Of a DNA stretch of 64,000 nucleotides, positions 18,666-32,317 are shown in pieces (the first letter of the stretch is position 1; every line of letters begins with the position of its first letter). A program made the position numbers and the translations under genes. The DNA is taken from NCBI GenBank assembly GCA_002269645.1, contig NIVC01001842.1, forward strand, positions 62,001 to 126,000. The letters run 5' to 3'. The notes beneath the pieces were generated by a model. The model was not told where the DNA came from. It saw nothing but the letters and a program-made list of their open reading frames with translations, and ran no database searches. The DNA is from Macrostomum lignano (lineage: Eukaryota).

Positions 18666-19597
18666 CTAGTGTATTTTTAACACTCACAACAACTTAATAT
18701 AAGTGAACAAATGTTAACTGTACAGTCCAAAGGGCATGTCATGGGCAGAATTTTCCAAAAATGTTAAGCATAGATTGCAAGTACATTGTTCAGACTTGTG
18801 CCTTTACTTAGAATACCTTGAGCAAATGGCCCGCACCACTATGGGAGAGCTGAATATTCAGATTAGGTTTTTGGTCTTTAATGTACATGGATTCAAGTAT
18901 GTTGAGTCTAAAATCAGTTCTACACCGATCAATAATTTTAAACTGCTGAGTTTGCTCAATTTCGCAACAACTGTTGCAACTGAGCAGGTGGTCTTGGATA
19001 GCCGACCTTTTCAACCAATGCGAAAAATTGAGAAAATTGAGAAAAGCTTCCGTAAATTCTTTAACACGCCTATTAAGATTGTTTTCCGCACTGCTAAGGT
19101 TGGCCAATACGTTAGTAGACTGAAATCCCATGTTCCTCTTGTTCTGGCGGCAGGTGTTGTGTATAAATTCTCTTGTTCTGTTGACCAGAACATTACCTAT
19201 ATAGGTAAAACTAAAAGGCACCTGTACACCAGAGTCAGAGAGCATTGGTTGAAAAGGTCGGCTATCCAAGACCACCTGCTCAGTTGCAACAGTTGTTGCG
19301 AAATTGAGCAAACTCAGCAGTTTAAAATTATTGATCGGTGTAGAACTGATTTTAGACTCAACATACTTGAATCCATGTACATTAAAGACCAAAAACCTAA
19401 TCTGAATATTCAGCTCTCCCATAGTGGTGCGGGCCATTTGCTCAAGGTATTCTAAGTAAAGGCACAAGTCTGAACAATGTACTTGCAATCTATGCTTAAC
19501 ATTTTTGGAAAATTCTGCCCATGACATGCCCTTTGGACTGTACAGTTAACATTTGTTCACTTATATTAAGTTGTTGTGAGTGTTAAAAATACACTAG

Positions 19598-19636
19598 ACC
19601 CTGAAGATGGCCATTGTTGGTCCGAAACGCGTCGGT
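19598..19636 (+). ncRNA. Minimal hammerhead ribozyme-like motif (right arm)
   Basis: ACC-CUGAAGA-U[GGCCA UUGU UGGUC]C-GAAACGCGUC^GGU; stem I ACC/GGU, U-C mismatch at base of stem II. Confidence 0.65.
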
Positions 19637-20049
19637 AGAAAGAATTAATTGTAATCTATGTTGATTTTAACTTTTGTTTTTCTCTGCCTGCTAAAGCGTG
19701 CTACCTTACCTCAATCCTAAATCCTCTTAATACTAAAACTGGTGCGTTGTTTGTCTGTGTGATACATATCTCCTCCTAGACGACTTGCAAGTCAGCGTCG
19801 AAACTTATATGGGAAAACTGCAAATTTTCCGAGGATGGCAGTGGGCTATTTCAATTTTTTATTTTTACATTTTAAGATCCCGAAAAAAGCAAAAAACTGC
19901 AATCTTGACCTTTGATAATCTTATTTGTCCCCTCTTTCTGCTTGGAGCTAAAAATTTGCATGAATTTTGAGCGATTGCGCCATAACTTTCTCCTATCTCT
20001 GCAGTGTATTTTCTCTCCAGTGGGGGTGCTCGCGTTCTCAGTGGCGGCG

Positions 20050-20960
20050 TGTGTACACTTGGACCTTGGCACACGGGCTGACTGTATAGACAATTGCGCA
20101 ACGATACGTGCTCTGATTTTCAATTAGGCAGCCCGGTGTATTTTTTGCACACTGAAATTCAATGCATCAACATGCGAGCCTTTTTAGCAGGCAGGTGAAC
20201 GTACACTCGATACTTCAATGCTTTAAATCGGGACATTTCAAACGCTAACTGTTGCTCGAGTTCTAAACTTTAAAAGAATAGACTTATATTGCTGGAAAGA
20301 TCTTGCAACACTTAGTTCGGGGATATAAGTTGTTTGTTTTAAATGTAAAAAGAAAAAACACAGCGATCGAAAACAACTTCCATACTTTTTACTTTCTGGA
20401 AAGATTGTACTCATTTTGGGGTTCAATGGGGTTCGACCAACCCCCCAACAGTTGGTGGGAGGGGGGCGGTTCAACTTTTAATTGCCACTGCGGAAGGGGG
20501 TCAGTCGCTGTGTATTGGAGGGTTGATTTAGATTGCGCAATCATTTCGTGTGCACTTGGACCTTGGCGCACGGGCTGACTGTATAGACAATTGCAATTCA
20601 CTGTTGCAGCCAGTGAACGTACACTCGATATTTCAATGCTTAAAATCGAAATATTTCAAATGCAAACTGTTCCTCGAGTTTTGAACTTTGAGAAAAGAGA
20701 TTTATATTGCTGGAAAGATCTTGCTGCGCTGAGTTCGGGGATATAAGTTTTTCGCTTTAAATATGAAAAGTAAAATCACAGCATTCAAAAAAACGATTTC
20801 CAAACTTTTAACTTTCTGCAAAGATTGTACTCATTTGGGGGGGGGGGGGGTTCAATGGGGGTTTGACCGACCCCCAACAGTTGGGGGGGGGTTTCAATTT
20901 CTAACTGCCACTGCGTATTGGAAGGGGATCGGTTGCTGTGTATTGGACGGTTGTTTAAGA
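20050..20960. repeat. Diverged tandem duplication (~420-500 bp period) in Helitron 5' region
   Basis: CACTTGGACCTTGGC.CACGGGCTGACTGTATAGACAATTGC at ~20055 and ~20553; GTGAACGTACACTCGATA...GCTGGAAAGATCTTGC block at ~20195 and ~20612. Confidence 0.85.
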
Positions 20961-21380
20961 TTGCACAATCTTTTTGTTAACTTTAACTGAGACTGATACT
21001 GACTGACTGAGAAATCGATTGCGCCATAAATTGGTGTCATTTTATATTGTCGGCGCCTTTAGTCAGTCAGTCCCTTTCAATGGCTTGGGCACTGGACAGA
21101 CTGGTGGGGCTTACAGTTTTGGGGTGAAAAAAATCGATATCTTTTATAACCTTAGCATGTACATTATTTTAATTCTTTTTTATTACCGAAAGATCATTTC
21201 ACTGGGGCCCCCTTACTTAATGATGCGAATTTTCAATATAATAATTTCATTTCCTTCCATACCATGATAAATTCATCTCCAATCTGACTATTCTGAGTAA
21301 CGGTGTTAATATTTGCTTATCTTATATTTATATTTAATTTCACATTTAACATTTGCTGTTTGCGTTTTTTACTAATAAAA

Positions 21381-24300
21381 ATGCCAAAACGCGGTCGGGG
21401 ACATATTTCCCGCTGCACTCGCGCTGCAGCGGAAGCTAAGAAGCGCAGGGCGTCAGAGACACCCGATGAGCGCCAGCATCGCCTTGAGGCGAATCGAGTG
21501 CGCACAGCCGAAAGCCGTAGGGCTGAAGGCGAAGTGGAGCGCCAGAATCGACTCGACGAGGACCGGCTGCGTGCTGCCGAAACCCGTGAAGCCGAGGACG
21601 AGGCGGTCCATCAGCATCGTCTGGAGGCGCAGCGGCAGCGCCAGAGCCAGAATCGCGCGGCCGAGTCCGCTGAGGACCACGACCGCCGTCTACATGCACA
21701 AGCAGACTGGCGCCGAGACAGGTAGGGTTTCCTGATTATTTATCCTGCTATTCTTATGTGTGGCTGCTCATTTTTTTAGTCTATTAAACTTTCTGCATGT
21801 AGAACAGGATTTTTTCAAGGATAAAGTCTTGATTAAAATTCTCTTTCTTTCATTGCTACAGACTGCTGGAGCTGGCGCACCAGCCACATGTACTCGGTCG
21901 CATGGACCGTCAATGTCCGCACTGCAGCGCGCTACGCTGGAAGGACGAGCCAGCTAGCATTTGCTGCCATGCTGGAAAGGTGAGTGGACATTTTGTATTT
22001 TAGTTTACATGAATTGCTGCCTCAGTGATTCTTTTTTTAATTTTAAATACTGTATAAAATATCTGACCACAGATGGAGTCATAGACAATTGTCATTTTCT
22101 GCAGTCATTCTTCGCATAAAGCTACTTGAGTTTTTTTCATTTCCCTGACAGACCGTCCTGGAGCAGCGCCGAGACCCGCCTGATGTTCTGAAGCGGCTGC
22201 TGACTGGCGAGCATCCGTTCAGCTCGCAGTTCCTGAAGGACATCAGGAAGTATAACGGCGCGCTCCATATGACCTCGCTTGGTTCCAGGCAGCGTGAGCA
22301 GCCCGGGTGGAATCCCAGCTTCATCCTCCATGGTCAGATGCACCATCGGATCGGCAGCCTGTTGCCGGACCCAGGGGATGCGGCCAGGTTCTGCCAGGTC
22401 TTCTTTGTGGACCAAGAGCTGCAGAACAGACTGCAATGGACAACGGGTCTAAACGACACTTTGCTGCAGGAGTTGCAAGCTGTTCTGCATGACTGCAACA
22501 GCTACGTGCGCAGCCTGAAGTCCGCAGTCGACTTGCTGCGCAGCGACCCGCAGCTGCAGAGCGCCAGGGTCGTCATCAACCCCGATGCCCGCCCATCTGG
22601 GGAGCATGTCCGACGCTTCAACTTGCCCGAGTGCAGTGAGGTCGGCATCTTGACGGACCTTGGCGATGCTGATGGCGTAGTTCAGGCGCAATGGCGGAGC
22701 GTGGTTTTGCGTCTGAGAGGTGGTGGTAAGTACTTTAAGCGCCTTAAAAGATTTGGGTTGCATTGCAAAGTCAGATAATAGAAACATTCTCATCTATTCA
22801 AGTGTACATTTTTCTTGCATTTGAACTGTAGTTTCAAATTAAATTACCCAACTGCATTCACAGGCCTCCAGGAGATCTCTGAGACCCATCGCTCCTACGA
22901 TCCGTTGGAGTACGTGCTGCTGCTTCCGTACGGCGAGGACGGCTGGCACATTGGGCTGAAGAAGGATCGAGGCATCACCATGATGAAATACTACGCCTAC
23001 TTGATCCAGGTGCGACCAGGCCAGTTCAACGGCCTGCTGTACGGTCGCCGGCTCTTCCAGCAGTACCTGGTGGACCAGGCTGCCAAGATCGAGTCCGAGC
23101 GGCTTACGTACATCCGGCAGCACCAAACGGATCTGGTGTCTGAAAGTCTTCGGGGTCTCCGCGATGCGCTGCACGAGGACGACGGCAGGCCGGAGGAAGT
23201 CGGGAAGCGTGTCATTCTTACTTCCAGCTACGTGGGAGGTCCACGGTACCGCCTGGAGCGTCAGCAGGATGCCATGGCGTATGTTCACGCCTTTGGCCGC
23301 CCAGACCTGTTTCTGACGATGACATGCAACCCGAAGTGGCCGGAAATTCTGGCCGAGCTGCTTCCAGGCCAGACTGCCGTCGATCGGCCGGACATCACCG
23401 CCCGGGTGTTCGAGCTGAAGAAGAAGGCCTTCCTAAACAGGCTGAAGAGTCTGTTTGGAGATACTCTGGCTCGAGTCTGCTCGCTGGAGTACCAGAAGCG
23501 AGGCAAGTGTACTTTTAAGATTTAAGCTGTAGCATTATCTGTTGCCTCAAAAATTATTTTAATTTCATAAAAATTTAATTTTATCCACATCCAGGTCTTC
23601 CCCACGTGCACGCGCTGCTGTGGCTGGCAGACAAGCTGAAGCCGGATCAGTACGACGCCGTCATCAGCGCGGAGATCCCGGACCCTGTCGCCGACGCCGA
23701 CCTGCATCAGCTGGTGGCGGAGAACATGCTGCACGGTCCCTGTGGACAGCAGCTCAACTCTGCCGCGGCGTGCATGGAGAAAGGCAGGTGCAGCAAGCGC
23801 TACCCGAGGGAGTTCCTGGCCGCCACGAAGGTCGAGGAGGATGGCTACCCGCATTACTGCCGCAGATCCGTCGAGATGGGCGGCTTCACGGTGACGAAGC
23901 TCGCAAAGCTGCGCGGCGGTCAGAGGGCGATGTTCACCTTTGACAACCGCTGGGTGGTGCCGTACTGCCCAGCGCTGCTGCGCGAGTTTCGCTGTCACCT
24001 GAATGTCGAGATCTGCGCGACAGTTCGGGCCATCAAGTATGTGGTGAAGTACATCACCAAGGGTAGCGACATGGCAGCATACCAGATCCGTAAGGAGTCG
24101 GCGGCTGCTGCGAATGCCAGCGCTGATTCGGCCACTGAAGGACCACTGGCGATCGCCGGTCCGTCCACGTCGACTGGGACTGCTGCTGCTGCTGCTGCGA
24201 CTTCCGCAAAGCGACACAAGATCGATGAGATCGACGAATACCTACTGGGCAGGTTCATCGGTCCAATGGAGGCGGTCAACACCATCCTGGGCTTTGAGGT

Positions 24301-26900
24301 GCACAGCCGATACCCCCCTGTGATCAGGCTCGCGGTTCATCTTAAGGACGAGCAGCGGGTCTTCTTCACAGACGAGACGGCTCAGGCTGTTGCTGCTACG
24401 CCCAAGGCCACAACTTTGACCGCCTTCTTCGATGTGAGTTTTGCAGACAGAGTGCAATTTGTTCAATTTTTGCTCCTTCCTGTTCCTAAACGCCCAGTTT
24501 CCTGTTCCTACCCGCCCAGCTTTGTCGCCATGACGAAATCGCCCGAGGTCTGCTGTACCAGGAGGTGCCCCGGCACTTCACCTGGGACCCCAGGGCGCAC
24601 CAGTGGCATCGCGCAGGTCGCGGTCGAGTCGCTGCTGATCAGCCAGCCGATGTTCTGACGACCAGCAACATCGGCCGCATCTACACAGTCAGTCCTCGGA
24701 TGGGCGACTGTTTCTACCTGCGCCTGCTGCTGGTGAATGTGCGCGGCCCGACTTCGTTCGAGGCTCTGCGCACTGTTGATGGAGTCCTGTTGCCGACCTT
24801 CAAGGCCGCCTGCCAGGCTCGCGGACTGCTGGAGGATGACAGGCACTGGCAGCTGTGCCTGTCCGAAGCTGCCCAGACGCGGATGCCTGCTGCTCTGCGC
24901 CGACTTTTTGCCGCAATTTTGGCGCACGGCGATCCCAGCGACCCCGCGAAGCTCTGGGAGGAGTTTTCCCGCGAGATGGCTGGCGACCTGCTGCACCAGG
25001 GCTTGAGCGCCGAGGCTGCTATGGCCGAAGTTCTGCGGTCGCTGCAGAAGCGGCTGGAGCGGATGGGCGGATCCGAGCTGTCTGCCTACGGCCTTCCTCA
25101 ACCACTGGCAGAAGCGGATCAAGTAAATGAACTCACTGCTATGCACGTAGTGCAGTATGTACTCACTGCATATGCACGTAGTGCTATGCAGTTTTTAACC
25201 TTTAATAGCTTACTGATTACAGCTTCTTCTCAATATCCAGACTCGGCTTCTTTCTGATTGCCTGCCGACGCTGCAAGAAGCTGCTGAGCTGCAGTCTGAA
25301 GTGGATGCGCTGGTCGCTACCCTGACTGACGAGCAGCGAGCTGTCTTCGAGGCCGTGCAGTCCAATCTGACGGCCGGCGGCGGCGGGCTGCATTTCATTG
25401 ACGCTCCTGGCGGCACAGGCAAGACGTTCCTGCTCACGCTTCTGCTGAAGTCGGTTCGAGCAAGGCGTCAAATTGCTGTTGCCGTCGCGTCATCGGGCAT
25501 CGCGGCGACTATTCTTCCCGGAGGTCGAACCGCCCACTCGATGTGAGTTTTGTGTCTGCATAAATTATTTTATAAACTGTTAGTTTTTAAGCACAGAAAG
25601 TCATGCCTAATTTATCATCACAATTGACCATCCTCGCGATACCTGCCTGCAGGTTCAAGATCCCCGTCTGCGCTGTACGGCAGGACAGCGCCTTCTGCTC
25701 CATCGGCAGGCGGAGCAAACTGGCGGAGATTCTGCGGAACGCCCGCCTCATCGTGTGGGACGAGGCTCCGATGACGCACCGCAAAGACCTCGAGATCGTC
25801 GAGCGTTCTCTGCGTGATTTGCTGCACGGTGGGCAGCCGTTCGGGGGAGCGCTGCTGGTGCTGGCTGGCGACTTTCGCCAGTTGCTTGCTGTTGTGCCCG
25901 GAGGGACGCAGGCCAACACGATCGAAGCCTGCCTGAATCGGTCGGTGCTGTGGCGGCACTTCCGGCAGCACCAGCTCACAAGGAATCTGCGGCTGGAGGG
26001 CGGCTCGGCTCTCCAAAGCTACGCAGATTTTCTTATGCAGGTGAGAATCTATGGAGTTTCTATGCTCTCATTAAGCATGCAAATTGAAGGAAAAAATTGT
26101 AAAATTTTATTCCACTTTTTCACCGTCAGGTTGGCAACGGGGAGCTGCCAGAGGACGTTGAGGGCATGGTCTCCTTGCCTAGCGAGATCCTTCTGCCCGA
26201 GGACACAACCACTGAGCAGCTCATTCGGCATGTTTACCCGTCCTTTGAGCCGAGTGCGCAGCGTGACCAGATGTTCGCGGAGCGGAGCATCCTGGCGCCA
26301 CTCAACAGGACGGTGGACGAGGCCAACGCCGCCTGCTTAGCGCTCTTCCCCGGTGAGAGTCGAGTCTACTTATCTGTTGACTCGATTCCGAATGACGACA
26401 CGGCAGCCACCAATTTTCCACCGGAGCTGCTGAACCGGCTGGACCCCAGCGGTATGTCGCATCACCGACTGGAGCTGAAGGTCGGCATGCCGGTCGTCAT
26501 GATGCGGAATCTGGACCCACCGCTGCTGTGCAACGGGACTCGGCTACTGCTGCGTGAACTGCGTGACAACGTCCTGCTAGCGGAGGTAACCACCGGCGTC
26601 TACCGTTCGCGGCAGGTGTTCATCCCGCGGATCCCGCAGGAGCCGAGTCCGACAGAGGTTCCGTTTGTTTTCCGCCGTCTGCAGTTCCCGATCCGGCCGT
26701 GCTTCGCCATGACCATCCACAAGAGCCAGGGCCAGTCGCTGGGCACCTACGCCGTCGACCTGACGACGGCTTGCTTTCAGCATGGCCAGCTCTACGTGGC
26801 TCTGAGTCGTGCGCGGAGTGCCGATGGCGTTAAAGTTCGGGCTCCAGGCGGACGGACGCGGAACATCGTGCTGCGCCAGCTTATTGGCAAGCAGAACTGA
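21381..26900 (+). CDS. Helitron Rep/helicase (HUH endonuclease + PIF1-family SF1 helicase), 1524 aa, 9 exons, apparently intact
   Basis: join(21381..21721,21862..21979,22152..22725,22864..23502,23595..24433,24520..25122,25241..25542,25653..26040,26130..26900) = 4575 nt with no stops. CPHC...CC zinc motif, Rep motif 1 GRPDLFLTMTCNPKW, motif 2 EYQKRG|LPHVH, motif 3 YVVKYITK, Walker A DAPGGTGKT, IVWDEAPM, GDFRQ, MTIHKSQGQS, HGQLYVALSR. Intron 4 is GC-AG. Confidence 0.95.
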
Positions 26901-26949
26901 TTAGACTCAATTGAATTAACAGACTCAAATGACAGAAATATAATATGAG

Positions 26950-27560
26950 TGACATATTATAAGAGTGAGTGATAAATTATGAGAGTGAGAGAAAAATTAT
27001 GAGAGTGAGAGACAAACTATGAGAGTAAGTGAAAAATTATGAGAGTGAGTGACAAATTATGAGAGTGAGTGACAAATTATGAGAATAAATGACAAATTAT
27101 GAGAGTAAGTGACAAATTATGAGAATGAGTGACAGATTATGAGAGTGAGTGACAAATTATGAGAATAAATGACAAATTATGAGAGTAAGTGACAAATTAT
27201 GAGAGTGAGGGACAAATTATGAGAGTAAGTGACAAATTATGAGAGTAAGTGACAAATTATGAGAGTGAGTGACAAATTATGAGAGTGAGTGACAAATTAT
27301 GGGAGCGAGTGGGTGAAAAATTATGAGAAGGAGTGGTTAATCATGAGAGGGAGTGAAAAATTATGAGTGACAAATTTGAGAGCGATAATACTTATAAGGG
27401 TGCAAAATTCAGGATGTCATATTGAGTGTGACGAATTATGAGAGTGATAAATTATGAGAGACAAATTATGAGTCATAAATTTTGAGAGTGACGAATTCAC
27501 GAGCGAAAATACTTATGCCACATTGAGTGCCAAATTGAGAGTGCGACAAATAATGAGACT
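26950..27560. repeat. 20-bp minisatellite (GAGAGTGAGTGACAAATTAT) just 3' of RepHel
   Basis: Direct inspection, degenerating distally. Confidence 0.9.
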
Positions 27561-29039
27561 GATAAATCTTTTAACATAAACTATTAGGTAGTGGCAAAAC
27601 TGTTTCTTGATAGAGTTGCTCATATAAGGGGAGCTTCTAAGAATGCTCAGGCTCCAAGCAATTTAGATTCAATTGCCGTACTTATTTTTTCTGAATCTTT
27701 TTAATGTACAAAGTAGCCGTTCGTAATTATTTATGTATTTTGTTACACGTGTAATATTAACGGCCAATTCGCACATTTAGTATTGTCAGTTAAGTTATTA
27801 GGTTTCTTCCACTTTCTCCCCACCTTTGCTTGCACCCCTATTATAACACAATTGCATTGCTTTAATAAAAAATATATGCCATACTGTACTCGGGGTGCGC
27901 AGGATTCAGAATACAAACGAGCCAGTCGATTCATAGGCTATTAGTAAACATCATAAATAATGAAAAGGTATTACATGCACATAAATTCTGAATTAACAAT
28001 TATGCAATACTTAGCCAATGACCCGTGCTTATACTATCCCTTTAATTTGGTCGTTTCCTGCGCACCCCCCAATGATGTCTCTGAATTAGTTTTTTAATAT
28101 ATTTAACGGAGACACAGAAGTATAACTACCTGATAGGAATGGATGCGTTAGTTAGATTTCTAATTGCGCGTTGTGTACTGAAAGTGTAGGTCGCTGTGTA
28201 CGTATTGGAGGGTTGATTTGGATTGCGTAACCTTATAGTTAATTTATAATGAACCTAACACCGACTGCCTGATAAATTGATTACGTCATAAATGCTTTGT
28301 GTGACTCTTACTCTGACTGACTTAGCTCATGAGATTCAGCTGATGGATTTCAGGGAATGGAATTCCGGTTATGGGATTCCGGTGATGGGAGTTCTTCCCC
28401 TTTCTCCTCCAGAGGAGGAGTTGGCCTCGTATATACTAAAAATGGTCTGTCTGTGTCTATGTGATCGATTAGAGAAAAAATGGCTGTACCGATTTTGTTC
28501 GAACTTGCACTGTTCGATCAGAAATTTTCCCGTGACTGTACATGCATCGTGGCTAAGAAATTTCTTGATGCTAAAGGCATTAAATATTCGAAAAACATGC
28601 TTTTTTGCAAAGGTCAAGCAAACTTTTCGACTTGAAATGCATTGTAAGAATGCTAGAGAAAAAACTGACTGGTTGAATTCTGATTCTGAAATAGATTGCA
28701 TCATAACTGAATTGTAACTCCGACTTGAATTGAAAATGCAGTGTGGAAGCGTAGCACCAGACTTGATTTAGATTGCGTAACCATATTGTTAACTGATACT
28801 GACTGACTGAGAAACTGATTATGTCATAACTGCTTCGTGTGATTTACTCTATGCTTGGATTTTAAAGTGTTGAATTATATAAGTGCAAAATTTGATGTTA
28901 TCAAAACGATGAGAGCTAGCCTAGAGGTGAACAAACTGAACTGTTAAATGCAGCGACGATGGTTCGAATTTTCATAGAGTATAATTTTTTAATTAAAGCT
29001 TTTCAACGTCAGGAAAACTAAAAGACTTTTTAAAAAGAA

Positions 29040-31450
29040 TCGTCATGTAAAAATCATAGAAGCGTCATGTAAAAAATCATAGAAGCGTCATGTAAAAATC
29101 ATAGAAGCGTCATGTAAAAAATCATAGAAGCGTCATGTAAACAATCATAGAAGCGTCATGTAAAAAATCATAGAAGCGTCATGTAAACAATCATAGAAGC
29201 GTCATGTAAAAAATCATAGAAGCGTCATGTAAACAATCATAGAAGCGTCATTTAAACAATCATAGAAGCGTCATGTAAACAATCATAGAAGCGTCATGTA
29301 AACAATCATAGAAGCGTCATATAAAAATCATAGAAGCGTCATGTAAACAATCATAGAAGCGTCATGTAAACAATCATAGAAGCGTCATGTAAACAATCAT
29401 AGAAGCGTCATGTAAACAATCATAGAAGCGTCATGTAAAAAATCATGGAAGCGTCATGTAAACAATCATAGAAGCGTCATGTAAAAAATCATAGAAGCGT
29501 CATGTAAACAATCATAGAAGCGCCATGTAGAAAATCATAGAAGCGTCATGAAACAATCATAGAAGCGTCATGTAAAAAATCATAGAAGCGTCATGTAAAA
29601 AGCATAGAAGCGTCATGTAAAAATAATAGAAGCGTCGTATAAACAATCATAGAAGCGTCATGTAAACAATCATAGAAGCGTCATGTAAAAAATCATAGAA
29701 GCGTCATGTAAACAATCATAGAAGCGTCATGTAAACAATCATAGAAGCGTCATGTAAACAATCATAGAAGCGTCATGTAAAAAATCATGGAAGCGTCATG
29801 TAAACAATCATAGAAGCGTCATGTAAAAAATCATAGAAGCGTCATGTAAACAATCATAGAAGCGCCATGTAAAAAATCATAGAAGCGTCATGAAACAATC
29901 ATAGAAGCGTCATGTAAAAAATCATAGAAGCGTCATGTAAAAAGCATAGAAGCGTCATGTAAAAATCATAGAAGCGTCGTATAAACAATCATAGAAGCGT
30001 CATGTAAACAATCATAGAAGCGTCATGTAAAAAATCATAGAAGCGTCATGTAAACAATCATAGAAGCGTCATGAAACAATCATAGAAGCGTCATGTAAAA
30101 AATCATAGAAGCGTCATGTAAAAAGCATAGAAGCGTCATGTAAAAATCATAGAACCGTCGTATAAACAATCATAGAAGCGTCATGTAAACAATCATAGAA
30201 GCGTCATGTAAAAAATCATAGAAGCGTCATGTAAACAATCATAGAAGCGTCATGTAAAAAATCATAGAAGCGTCATGTAAACAATCATAGAAGCGTCATT
30301 TAAACAATCATAGAAGCGTCATGTAAACAATCATAGAAGCGTCATGTAAACAATCATAGAAGCGTCATATAAAAATCATAGAAGCGTCATGTAAACAATC
30401 ATAGAAGCGTCATGTAAACAATCATAGAAGCGTCATGTAAACAATCATAGAAGCGTCATGTAAACAATCATAGAAGCGTCATGTAAACAATCATAGAAGC
30501 GTCATGTAAAAAATCATGGAAGCGTCATGTAAACAATCATAGAAGCGTCATGTAAAAAATCATAGAAGCGTCATGTAAACAATCATAGAAGCGCCATGTA
30601 AAAAATCATAGAAGCGTCATGAAACAATCATAGAAGCGTCATGTAAAAAAATCATAGAAGCGTCATGTAAAAAGCATAGAAGCGTCATGTAAAAATCATA
30701 GAAGCGTCGTATAAACAATCATAGAAGCGTCATGTAAACAATCATAGAAGCGTCATGTAAAAAATCATAGAAGCGTCATGTAAACAATCATAGAAGCGTC
30801 ATGAAACAATCATAGAAGCGTCATGTAAAAAATCATAGAAGCGTCATGTAAAAAGCATAGAAGCGTCATGTAAAAATCATAGAAGCGTCGTATAAACAAT
30901 CATAGAAGCGTCATGTAAACAATCATAGAAGCGTCATGTAAACAATCATAGAAGCGTCATGAAACAATCATAGAAGCGTCATGTAAACAATCATAGAAGC
31001 GTCATGTAAAAAGCATAGAAGCGTCATGTAAAAATCATAGAAGCGTCGTATAAACAATCATAGAAGCGTCATGTAAACAATCATAGAAGCGTCATGTAAA
31101 AATCATAAAAGCGTCATGTAAAAATCATTGAAGCGTCCTGCAGAAATCGTAGAAGCGTCATGAAATAATCATAGAAGCGTCATGTAAAAAATCATAGAAG
31201 CGTCATGTAAACAATCATAGAAGCGTCATGTAAACAATCATAGAAGCGTCATGTAAACAATCATGGAAGCGTTATGTAAAAAAATCATAGAAGCGTCATG
31301 TAAAAAGCATAGAAGCGTCATATAAACAATCATAGAAGCGTCATATAAAAAATCATAGAAGTGTCATGTAAAAATCATAGAAGCGTCATGAAAAAATCAT
31401 AGGAGCCTCATTTAAAAACTAATGAAAGTGTCATTTAAAAAATTAAGAAG
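29040..31450. repeat. 23-bp satellite array (GTAAACAATCATAGAAGCGTCAT), about 105 units
   Basis: Direct inspection; same unit in reverse orientation at ~38985-39110. Confidence 0.97.
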
Positions 31451-32317
31451 CATCATGGTAGAATAAAAGAAGCGTCATGTCAGACATGAAGGGTGTCATG
31501 TAAAAATTAAATGCAGCTATAATGCTGTGCTGGGGAGAAAAACTGAGACGTAAAGGCTCTCAGAGAATAACTGAGATTACGGGGGGGGTTCTGAGATGTC
31601 AAAGCAAAAGTCAGAAGCTACTTCAAAGTTCATGTACTTTACTCAATTTTTTTATTGCATTATTTGTTGGCTCGCCACGGGGGGGCGCTGATAGAAGAAG
31701 AGTCATGTAAAAAATAAAAGTAGCACTACGTATACATAAAAGAAAAGTCATGTCGAAGTTAAAAGATTCATTTGGGAATTGCTACGATGTCAAAGCTTGG
31801 TGGAAATCGTTATAGTGCTGTGATTCTTAAAGAAGGAATCACTAAAATGTCAAGGCTTAGGGGAGAAGAATTGCTGAGATTTCAAGGCTTTAGGTTGGGT
31901 TAAAGTTAGGTTTAGGTCAGGTGTGGGTTGAGGGTTATATTTTATCGGATTTCAAGGTTAACAGAATAACAGGGGATTTTTTAGATTTCAAGGTTTATGG
32001 GGGCCATCGCTGACATGTTAAGACTTACGGGGGGAATATCTGAGATGTCAAGGTTCACGGGGGTATAAATGAGATTTCAAGGCTAAAGTCAGAAGCTACA
32101 TGTAGTTTATTGAAAACTTTTTATTACATTATTTGATGCCTCCTCTGGGGAGGGATCGCTGATAAAAAAAGCGTAATGTAAAAAATAAAATAAGCTTCAT
32201 GTCGAAGTTAAGAGATTCATTTGGGAATCTCTACGATGTCGAGGCTTGCAGGGAATCGCTATAATGCTGTAGTAGTGCTATAATGACTCTTAGAGAGAAT
32301 TACTGAAATTTCAATGC

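Larger units (their letters stand above)
18622..19641. mobile_element. Palindromic Penelope-like fragment: 400-bp inverted arms around a 220-bp spacer, GIY-YIG 3' end on + strand
   Basis: Arms 18622-19021 and 19242-19641 (coordinate sums 38263; ORFs 18736..19455+ and 18808..19527- share both ends); VVYKFSC...YIGKTKRHLYTRVREH...SGAGHLLKVF*. Confidence 0.93.

Noticed and set aside
18736-19527. Two 239-aa ORFs on opposite strands with identical termini
   Set aside because: Artefact of the 400-bp inverted repeat; only the plus-strand GIY-YIG part from ~19022 is real coding sequence
29040-31450. Regular 23-bp array (and the 30-, 38- and 42-bp arrays) as possible CRISPR
   Set aside because: Head-to-tail units with no unique spacers, no cas genes, eukaryotic context
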